Of a stretch of DNA of 33,053 nt, positions 20,123 to 28,057 are shown in pieces. Origin of the DNA: Barthelona sp. PAP020 (Eukaryota). The notes beneath the pieces are model-generated. The model saw only the letters and a program-made list of their open reading frames with translations. It ran no database searches and had not been told where the DNA came from. How positions within the stretch are numbered: position 1 is the stretch's first letter; each line of letters begins with the position of its first letter. The translations under genes were made by a program, and so were the position numbers. The DNA lies in contig JARQWU010000098.1 of the NCBI GenBank assembly GCA_040182905.1, forward strand, positions 1 through 33,053, written 5' to 3'.

Positions 20123-20223
20123 ATAAACGGTGCATAGAAAAATAAACAAAAAAAGATGGGAATTATAATAAAATAACTGAAATTTATGATTGAATGAAAA
20201 TAAAAAAAAAACTGAATTAACGA

Positions 20224-20359
20224 CTAATTATGTTAGAAAATGAACAATTGATTCAAAAAAAAAAGCAATCAGAAAGCAATTTCACACCATGAAATACAAA
20301 AGTCTGAAGACCGTTGCGCTTAGGTATCATCATTGCAAGATATAATAACATAAACAAAC
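20224..20359 (-). other. 136-nt snoRNA-hosting intron (intron 2 of the non-coding host)
   Basis: GTTTGT...TTCTAAC-ATAAT-TAG enclosing a C/D snoRNA. Confidence 0.72.
20265..20336 (-). ncRNA. box C/D snoRNA, snR73/U35 (SNORD35) functional homologue
   Basis: Terminal stem GCAA/UUGC, box C AUGAUGA, D' CAGA, D CUGA. D' guide GCAACGGUCU-U pairs with conserved LSU UAGACCGU(C)GUG; the D'+5 base pairs with the first C of AGACC (yeast 25S Cm2959). Confidence 0.85.
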
Positions 20360-20369
20360 TTTTTAAAAA
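20360..20369 (-). other. 10-nt non-coding micro-exon TTTTTAAAAA
   Basis: Flanked by a CTAAC-TTAA-TAG acceptor and a GTTTGT donor, between two snoRNA introns. Confidence 0.65.
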
Positions 20370-20493
20370 CTATTAAGTTAGATTAGTTCATGAATTTGAA
20401 AAATGAAAAAATTCAGATATAAAGTTGTCGTCAGTGAATCAGACATATGCTTGAAAAAAAACATCATCAAAATTATGTCAATATAAAACGTAC
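20370..20493 (-). other. 124-nt snoRNA-hosting intron (intron 1 of the non-coding host)
   Basis: GTACGT...TCTAAC-TTAA-TAG enclosing a C/D snoRNA. Confidence 0.72.
20409..20474 (-). ncRNA. box C/D snoRNA, snR74/U27 (SNORD27) functional homologue
   Basis: Box C UGAUGA (20469-20464), D' CUGA, C' UGACGA, D CUGA (20416-20413). D' guide CAAGCAUAUG is exactly complementary to 18S CAUAUGCUUG; D'+5 selects yeast 18S Am28. Confidence 0.9.
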
Positions 20494-20541
20494 TTTTTTA
20501 AAGGAAAAAAATCATTCTGGGTTTTTTTGAAACATTTCATT

Positions 20542-20589
20542 TTTTTCAAATAATTGGATTATTTTTTATCTTATTTTTCAAATAATTGG
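20542..20589. repeat. 16-nt direct repeat TTTTTCAAATAATTGG x2
   Basis: Copies at 20542-20557 and 20574-20589 in the divergent region between the snoRNA host and the LRR gene. Confidence 0.6.
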
Positions 20590-20666
20590 GGTTAATTTCT
20601 TCACGAATATAAAATTTATGTGAAAATTTGTTTGATTTAATTGTTTTGGTGAAATAATTTTTTTGA

Positions 20667-21272
20667 ATGAACCATTTGTCACGTGGTATTGTGGATTCTT
20701 TATATCAATTAACGATAGATACTAGTGTTGATGCTTCTGCACAAAATTTTACGGAATTGGTTGAACTTGTTGACAAAAATTGTTTTGACAGAGTGAGATT
20801 TTTAGATATTTCAAAGAATTTTATCACAACAATAGAAACTAATTATTTTTTGATGTTTCCAAATTTGATTGAACTTAATTTGACTGCAAATAATTTAACA
20901 AACTTGGATATCAATATACCTAATTCATTGAAAAAACTGTATTTAGGATATAATAGGATGACAAATATTCTCATTGAAGGGGGTAATTGTTTAGAAATAT
21001 TGAATATTTCCATAAATTTTTTGATGGATGTTGAGTTTTTGCAAAACATACAATTGCCACAATTAAAAGTCTTGTCATTGAATCACAATAAACTAATTTT
21101 TGATAAATTTATAAACACAATAAAGGGAATTGATTTCTCTCAACAGTTTCCTAATTTAATTAGGTTTCATTTGATAGATGCTTTTGAACATCCATTAATT
21201 TTGGAAGAACAAATATGTTTGCAAGAAATTTTTGAAAAAAAAGGTGTTATTGTTACATTAAATCTAGAATAA
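20667..21272 (+). CDS. leucine-rich repeat protein
   Basis: LxxLxLxxN repeats: FLDISKN, LIELNLTAN, LKKLYLGYN, LEILNISIN, LKVLSLNHN. Confidence 0.88.
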   Translation: MNHLSRGIVDSLYQLTIDTSVDASAQNFTELVELVDKNCFDRVRFLDISKNFITTIETNYFLMFPNLIELNLTANNLTNLDINIPNSLKKLYLGYNRMTNILIEGGNCLEILNISINFLMDVEFLQNIQLPQLKVLSLNHNKLIFDKFINTIKGIDFSQQFPNLIRFHLIDAFEHPLILEEQICLQEIFEKKGVIVTLNLE

Positions 21273-21285
21273 TCTCATCCGTACT

Positions 21286-22485
21286 CTAGTCTAGTTCTAA
21301 ACTCTCCAATAGTGATATCAACTGAGTTGGAACTTCTATACCATCAGGTAATAATTTGTACAATTGTTCTTTTGTTGGAGGAATGATGTTAGTCTTATTT
21401 TGAATTGTACTGTAGATCCACCCGAGAATTGAAGAGAAAAGTCTGTTAAAATTCTCTTTATCCATCACATCATGCAGAGCTTCTCTAATTTCAGTGAAAT
21501 AATCGATTAGATCATCAGAAAATTGGTTAAAATTGATAATCATTTTTTGGTTCTGTTGTGTAGCAGAATTGTCAGCGAAGAAATTCATTACCTTACCGAC
21601 CAATTTTCTTTCGGCAACAATATTTTCTTCAAGCAAACTAATTGCAAAATGCGTCAATAAATGGTTGAATCTGGTTTGAGATTCTTTGAATTTTTTGTTG
21701 ATGTTGGTCAAAATTTTTTTGTTTTTCTTCAAAATTTCACATTTCTTTGAATACGCTTTAAAACAAAGGTATAAAGCTTCCAAATCCAACGTGATTAAAA
21801 AAAAACTCCGTAAATCTTCTTTTGTGATACGAGTTGGAAATTTATCGGGTAAACAAAGTCTTGAATTGATTAATGAAATTACTTCAGTCAAATTTTCGAA
21901 TCCTGCTTCCATTTCTTCTTCAATAACATCTTGTTCAAAAAATTCTTGTAAAATGTTTATAACATGCACTAATCTTGTATTTACAACCTGTTGTTTGTTT
22001 TTATTTGAGTCAATTGTAATTTCAACTCTTTCAATTTTTAGAACATCCAAGTTTTCGAAAATTTTCAAAATTTTGTCAAATAAAGTTTGATTTTTTAAAT
22101 TTTCTGCTTGCTTTTGACTCTCTATTTGTTTTAATTTGTTGAAATAATAATTATTTATTGAAGACGATTCTCTATGCAGTATTTCTTCTAATAATTCTGA
22201 AATATTTAAAGAATTAATGTCGTCATTTCTTATTGCCTCAGATATATCTTGATAACTCTTGATATACTCAATATCATTATCTATTTTTATGATTTCATCA
22301 TTATATTTAATTATTTGATCATTTAGATTGTTTTTTTTCAAATAATGGTCGTAAAAATCTGCATTAGTCATGATTTTTAAACTATCCAGTTCAATGTTTA
22401 ATTTCCTTATAAATTCTTCTTCAAGCGCCTTCACATTTTCTTCAGTAGCACCTTCTAAGTCGATTTGTTCAATACTCCAAAACAT
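21286..22485 (-). CDS. hypothetical helical/coiled-coil protein
   Basis: 399-aa ORF; no family recognised. Confidence 0.7.
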   Translation of the reverse strand: MFWSIEQIDLEGATEENVKALEEEFIRKLNIELDSLKIMTNADFYDHYLKKNNLNDQIIKYNDEIIKIDNDIEYIKSYQDISEAIRNDDINSLNISELLEEILHRESSSINNYYFNKLKQIESQKQAENLKNQTLFDKILKIFENLDVLKIERVEITIDSNKNKQQVVNTRLVHVINILQEFFEQDVIEEEMEAGFENLTEVISLINSRLCLPDKFPTRITKEDLRSFFLITLDLEALYLCFKAYSKKCEILKKNKKILTNINKKFKESQTRFNHLLTHFAISLLEENIVAERKLVGKVMNFFADNSATQQNQKMIINFNQFSDDLIDYFTEIREALHDVMDKENFNRLFSSILGWIYSTIQNKTNIIPPTKEQLYKLLPDGIEVPTQLISLLESLELD

Positions 22486-22865
22486 TTGTTGAAAAAAAAA
22501 AGAAATTAAGAAAAAAAGCTTTTTATGAGCATATTTTTTTATGGACTCATACTTCTATAAATTTGGAATATGAATGATATTCAAAATTTTATTTTTAAGG
22601 TGATTTAACAAAAATATCCAAATTTTACAATTCTCTTCTTCACACACTATTGCAGCCCAGTCTAAAAATTGAAAAATTTGATTCCTCAATAATTGTTATC
22701 ATACTTTAGTAATTCAATATGAAAAAAGAATTTTATCAAAAAATGTTCATGTCATGACCAAAAAAAAAAGATGATTTTGCTTTTACAAATCATGTAATGT
22801 TTGAAAAAATTTTCTTTGAAAGTGAGACAAAAAAAATGTTTCAAGTCCGTTCATGTACAAATAAA

Positions 22866-23581
22866 TTATTCAACATTCTTTAAATCAATGGGATTGTTTT
22901 CAACCTCTAATTTGGCTTCACCAGCATCAACATCCACAACTTCATATTTTTTGAAAATTTTGAAGGGTCCTCCCATTGGAACAAAAGTTCTGTTGAAATG
23001 AGTATTTAATAAAGTACCAGCAAAACCATAAAAACCAGTTGCAGAAATTACAGTTTCAGAATATGCAGCTAAATGATGAGCCCATTCCCATCCTTTGAGA
23101 ACTTGCAAGGAAAGTCCAAAGAATAAGAAATCAATTTCAACAAAAATTATAAAAAGGTAGGTGTTGGTCTCAGTCGCTCCAATTGTCATAACAACAGAAA
23201 AAATAAGATACCCAACAAAAGCAAAACCAAGTTGATTTGCATCTACTGCAGCTTTAACATCAGCACCATAATAACCAAGAGTCATCATCCAAGTCATGGC
23301 AACAGCAAACCAAAAGAATCCGTAACTATAATATTAGTAAATCATTTGAACGAAAGCAATTACCCAAAAAATGCAGTACCTCCAAAAGTGTTATTGAGAC
23401 GTAAGTCCATATAACCAGCAACAATTTGTGCAAGAGCTCCTAAAAATACACACCAAGGAACAATGGCAGCGGTATTATTGGTAATACCCAATTTTGCAGT
23501 ACAAGCTACACAAGTAACCATAGATAAACCGAATAAACCCAAAGGGGATGGGTTGCCGTAAGGTTTTTGATTGTCAGTCAT
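22866..23581 (-). CDS. GPR1/FUN34/YaaH (SatP/AceTr) acetate-succinate channel, 225 aa; exons 23581-23364 and 23325-22866
   Basis: Signature NPSPLGLFG and GALAQIVAG. Splicing restores NTFGGTAFFGYGFFW. About six hydrophobic helices. Confidence 0.9.
23326..23363 (-). other. 38-nt spliceosomal intron in the SatP gene
   Basis: GTAATT...TACTAAT-ATTA-TAG; removal restores the frame and the conserved motif. Confidence 0.9.
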
Positions 23582-24127
23582 AATTTTAATGAAAAAAAAT
23601 TCAAATATGAAATTTGAGTTTAAAAATAAAACTTCTCTTTTTTTTTCGCACAAAAAAAGAATGGAAGATTATTGTCATAATATGTTTAAAAGCTTATTAA
23701 TTGTTTTTAATACATTTTTCATGATGATGAAAGAGAGCATTTTTGTTCACTCATTCTTTTTTTTTGTCTGCCTTCAAATTGTTATAACAGTTGTGCAATG
23801 AAAATTGTAAATTATATTTCATTGTTTCTTTGCAATGTAAAAGAAAATTTTTTTTTTGGGAATTTGGGGAAACCTTCTTGCTTTACAAAACAAATTCGAA
23901 ATTTTTTTGTTTTCACATTGTTTATTTTTCAATCAGGGCATTAATAGCAACAACGAAAGTTGAAAAACATTGGCAAACTCTTTGTTTTGCTGGGTGTTTT
24001 TTAAAATTAAAAGTCTTTATCGGTTTTTGTTCATTCTTTTTGAAAACTAAATTATCATTATTATTGTTTGTTAATAAATGTTATACTTCAAAAAAAATAA
24101 TAAAATAAACTTTTTATATACTGAAAA

Positions 24128-26569
24128 TCAATGAATATATTCAAATTTCAAATCAGAATCCATTACATTTATACCCAATAAGGTTGGAGAAAAGTCAATG
24201 GTTTCGCTTTCATCAAAAGAAAAGAAATCAGAGTTGACTTCTAATTGAGGAATTATAGATGTTGAATCTCTGTGAAATATTTGTTCTGAAGGACCCAAAT
24301 GCTTAGCTTTAAGTAAATTTTGTGTTACAGCATCAATTGACAATTCTTTTTTCTGAATTGGCAATTGAAAAGCAATTGCAATTGTTTCTAAGATACGTTT
24401 CATGGAAGTAACATCTTCTTCTTCAACTAAATTTTTATCATTTGAAGGCGTTGAAACTTCTTCAGGTGTTTTTGGATTTGACAAACGACTCTTTCGAATT
24501 GGTTTTTTGTCAGGTTTGCCTTTTTTATTTTGTTGACCAATATCAGGTGTTGCTGCATGTCTGTGATCAACTTGACTTTTAACATGACTCAAATCCATTG
24601 GCTTATTAATAATTTTTACCCTGCTTTTCCGAGGTTTTTCTTCCTTTGATTTCTTTTCTTTTTCTTTCATTCTTTGATGACGCTTTTGAGGTTGTTTTGA
24701 ATTATTAGTTTCAAAATCAGAGTCAAAAGAAGTTTCTTCCTCTTCTTCCTCTTCTTCCACGTCATCTTCATTGTCAGTATTATCAATTTGCCAGGGTTTG
24801 GAAGAATCGTCCTTTTTTGACATGGCAGCATGTAGCTTTGCTTTATCTTTTCTTGCAGCATCCAACTTATCTTGCTGTAATTTTTCTCTTTTGGCTTTGG
24901 CTTCTGCTTGTGCCTTCTTTCTTTCAAGAACCTTTTGTCTTTTCCTTTCAATTTCCGCTTGATCTATTTCATCACTTTTTATGTTATTATTGGTATCAGC
25001 CGAATGTTTGTCCAAATGTTTGTCCTCCTTAATTTTAACTTCATCAACTTTCTGAACATCATCTCTTCCAGTTGGTGTGTTATTAATTAATTTTTCAACA
25101 GATATCTCTTTGTTTCCAAAAGCATTCACCAATTTGAATAAATCATTGGATCTTTGTCTTAGTTGAGAAAATAAAGTTTTGAGGAACGACTCTTGATTAT
25201 CCATTTTTTCAGTTTCTTCGATCATTTGTGACAGTTCAACAATTTCCCTTTTCAAAGATATTGATTGGTTCATGTTCAAAATCAATCGAATAATTAAGCC
25301 TCTAGACCACCTTTGAATGACTATGGCATTTGATGAGGATTGTGGATCCTTTGATAAGTTAGAACTCTTATAAATAGGTTCAGGCGTTGTAATTGCATTC
25401 ATTTGGGATTCATTCGTGCGTCTTAATTCAGCTTCTATCATTTCTTCCCAATTGTATGCTTTGGGATCATTTAAAGAAGGCTCCATAGTTTCCTCGAATT
25501 TATTGGGTTGCAATATCTTTTCACTCTGTTCTTGCCTGACTAAGTGTAAATTGAGTTGGGTGTTTTCAACAAAAGTTGGCATTGTTTGAATTTTTGACAT
25601 TTTTTCAATTTTTTGACTCAAAATTCTGTTTATAACACTACCATAAAAAATCTTACCAATTTTTTGAATAAAATTTCTAGCAAAACGTCTTTCTTCATAC
25701 TTTAAAGCATTAATATGCGCTTGTTCCTTTCTAGAATCAAATAATTTCACTAACTCATCGATTTTATCTCGATTAACGATATGGGTAACTTTTTGTTGTT
25801 GGGCAAATAAAAGTGGAGTGATATCAGCAACAGAAGTGCTTATTTTTCTTTCAACGCTATCTTTAAACAAATTCATAGGTATTTCATCTCTTACTTTGTT
25901 TAATATTGAATCGTACATGTACATATTAACATTAGGTACGTTATTAATGGATGAATTTGAAAAAATTCTGTATTTTGATGACATTTCGTGAAAATGTGGA
26001 TTTAATGGTTGAAGAAATTCTTCTTTTTTTTCTTCCTTTACGGTCATAAGATTCAACGGAAGCTTTGTGGGAATAGGTTTCCTAAAAGCTATTGTTTGGG
26101 TTGTGGTCATGGTATTTTGTGAATCAGGCAAACTCATTTCTTCTTGATTCATGTCTCGAGAAAATTCATTTTTTGATACTTCGATTTCCTTGTTTTCATG
26201 ATCAATTTTTTGTTTATCTTCAAAATCATTGCTATCTTCATCTTCATCCTCTTCATAACTGTGATACATTTCAGTGATTTTTAATGAATTGGCATCATCA
26301 TTCAAAAAAGGAGAGTTGGAAGCTTCTTTTCTTGCATCCATTAATCGTTGATAAAAACTATCTTGTTCAGGACTTTCAACAACAGCAGAAGTTAATGGCG
26401 TTGTAGAAAGTACAGTCTTTGGGGTAAAATCTAATGATAAATTCGTGGATATTGTTGATGGTGAAGGTGAATGTTGATTGGCATATTGAGACAATTTAAT
26501 TCGATTAGCTGCATGAACTGCCTTTAATCTTTCTAAAATCTGCTTTCGTGGAGTTTCAGATTCACTCAT
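24128..26569 (-). CDS. large coiled-coil protein with one IQ-like motif
   Basis: 813-aa ORF; AIVIQRWSRGLIIR fits IQxxxRGxxxR; charged coiled coils. Confidence 0.72.
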   Translation of the reverse strand: MSESETPRKQILERLKAVHAANRIKLSQYANQHSPSPSTISTNLSLDFTPKTVLSTTPLTSAVVESPEQDSFYQRLMDARKEASNSPFLNDDANSLKITEMYHSYEEDEDEDSNDFEDKQKIDHENKEIEVSKNEFSRDMNQEEMSLPDSQNTMTTTQTIAFRKPIPTKLPLNLMTVKEEKKEEFLQPLNPHFHEMSSKYRIFSNSSINNVPNVNMYMYDSILNKVRDEIPMNLFKDSVERKISTSVADITPLLFAQQQKVTHIVNRDKIDELVKLFDSRKEQAHINALKYEERRFARNFIQKIGKIFYGSVINRILSQKIEKMSKIQTMPTFVENTQLNLHLVRQEQSEKILQPNKFEETMEPSLNDPKAYNWEEMIEAELRRTNESQMNAITTPEPIYKSSNLSKDPQSSSNAIVIQRWSRGLIIRLILNMNQSISLKREIVELSQMIEETEKMDNQESFLKTLFSQLRQRSNDLFKLVNAFGNKEISVEKLINNTPTGRDDVQKVDEVKIKEDKHLDKHSADTNNNIKSDEIDQAEIERKRQKVLERKKAQAEAKAKREKLQQDKLDAARKDKAKLHAAMSKKDDSSKPWQIDNTDNEDDVEEEEEEEETSFDSDFETNNSKQPQKRHQRMKEKEKKSKEEKPRKSRVKIINKPMDLSHVKSQVDHRHAATPDIGQQNKKGKPDKKPIRKSRLSNPKTPEEVSTPSNDKNLVEEEDVTSMKRILETIAIAFQLPIQKKELSIDAVTQNLLKAKHLGPSEQIFHRDSTSIIPQLEVNSDFFSFDESETIDFSPTLLGINVMDSDLKFEYIH

Positions 26570-26735
26570 TTTTTAAAAACAAAAAAAGCATTGTAAAAAA
26601 ATAACTTTTGAAGTTAAAGGCTTTTTCATTCTTTACAAAATTACACAATAATAGAAAAGAAGAATATTGTTTATGTTTAATAGTTATGATTGAATAAATA
26701 ATAAAAACTGAAAATGACGAAAAGAAATAAAATAA

Positions 26736-26886
26736 CTAAGGTTAGATTTTGTTAATTCAAAGGAAATGAAAGAATCAGTTAAATATGTACGATCCTCATT
26801 GCCCGTTTAAAAATTTGACTATAACGAACAGGCTCAAGCGAGAGGAACATAATTTTAATCATTTAAAAAAGATGAACAAAACATAC
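26736..26886 (-). other. 151-nt non-coding (UTR or host-gene) intron enclosing a hairpin RNA
   Basis: AG|GTATGT donor and TCTAAC-CT-TAG acceptor, outside any CDS. Confidence 0.6.
26783..26851 (-). ncRNA. candidate intron-encoded single-hairpin H/ACA guide RNA
   Basis: Lower stem UCCUC/GAGGA, internal loop, upper stem GCCUGUU/AACGGGC (G-U pair supports the - strand), then ACA-UAU. Confidence 0.62.
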
Positions 26887-26978
26887 CTCTTTAAAAAAGA
26901 AAAAAAAAAACAAGACAAATGAAAAAAAAAATTCAAAAAGTTTTTGAAATAAAACTTTTCTCTTTCAATTTATAAAAC

Positions 26979-28004
26979 TTATAAAACTGGATCTCTTTTC
27001 AAGTTATTTTCTTGAACAGCATTTTCATCATTGTTATCATTTTCAGAAACAATTTGTTCATTTTTTCTGTTTTTTTGCGCGGCCACAATAACATTAAATT
27101 GATGATATTTTTCATAATTTTTAACCAAAAATACAGCAATTGTGTTTCTAACCACTTCAATATTTATGATTAAATCAGCGACCTTCCATGACAATGGAAT
27201 ATTGTGTTTGGCCATTATTTCATGAACTTGTTTGTAAACAACTTCTCTATCTGTTCCACCAGCGGATCTTTTTTTCAGTTTGATGGAATAACTATTTATT
27301 TCAGGATTATTTGACAAGAATTCATCTACATGAGTGCTCATTCTTTTATGGAAAATAGATTCTGAGGCTTCTTCTTCTTCATTATGGGATACTTGTGTAT
27401 TTTCAGTTGATGTGGTTTCAACATATTCAGTTTTTGTTTCAAGGTTGATTTCATCAGTTGGTTCTGTATCGACTGCTCCCTTGACTTCATTTTCTTCTTG
27501 TTTATCTTTCAATTTCCCTTGAACATCATTCACATGACAAGTAAACTCGAAAGGTATTAATTTTTGAATCTGGGTAATTTGAGATTTGCCGTTGGAAATG
27601 ATTTCATCAAATATCTTCTCAGTAAAATCATTGATACTAACTTTCATTTGAGGTATTATCATAGCAACTGTCCCACCAACTCCTGTATCTGTCCAATATA
27701 CCAATTTATTCTCTTTTTCATCAGATTTTTCATCTTTTTCAATTTCAACAGCATCAAAAAAATCAGTCATTGCGTCTAATTCAATTTCATCTGTGCTATT
27801 AGATTGATAAATATTTGGATAGTATTCTTTTAATTTTGTATCTAAAAAAGTTTGAAGTTCAGCTGTAGCTTGTCTTTCTCTTTGTTTTTCAACAGTTGTT
27901 GTCAATAAAAAACCGGTTTGATTTGAATGAAAAGATGGTGCGTTGGGATTCGTTTTTTTGTAATATTGTTTTTTGTTTCTTCTTCTGTTACCTTTTTGTG
28001 ACAT
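26979..28004 (-). CDS. THUMP domain protein, THUMPD1/Tan1-like (tRNA ac4C adaptor)
   Basis: GFLLTT..RERQATAE, TGVGG, QKLIPFEFTC, YSIKLKKR, ADLIINIEVVRN...YEKYHQFNV. Confidence 0.82.
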   Translation of the reverse strand: MSQKGNRRRNKKQYYKKTNPNAPSFHSNQTGFLLTTTVEKQRERQATAELQTFLDTKLKEYYPNIYQSNSTDEIELDAMTDFFDAVEIEKDEKSDEKENKLVYWTDTGVGGTVAMIIPQMKVSINDFTEKIFDEIISNGKSQITQIQKLIPFEFTCHVNDVQGKLKDKQEENEVKGAVDTEPTDEINLETKTEYVETTSTENTQVSHNEEEEASESIFHKRMSTHVDEFLSNNPEINSYSIKLKKRSAGGTDREVVYKQVHEIMAKHNIPLSWKVADLIINIEVVRNTIAVFLVKNYEKYHQFNVIVAAQKNRKNEQIVSENDNNDENAVQENNLKRDPVL

Positions 28005-28057
28005 AATGGTTAAATTAAATTTGAAGCATAAACAAAAAAAAAAATTATTTCTTTACA

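Noticed and set aside
22550..22705. Short - strand frame LDWAAIVCEEENCK... after GTATGA...TTTTAG
   Set aside because: No branch point and no valid start exon.
23791..24108. 105-aa + strand ORF and nearby ATGATGA box-C-like text (about 23721)
   Set aside because: Non-ATG start with Phe/Lys composition from T/A runs; no box D at a suitable distance.
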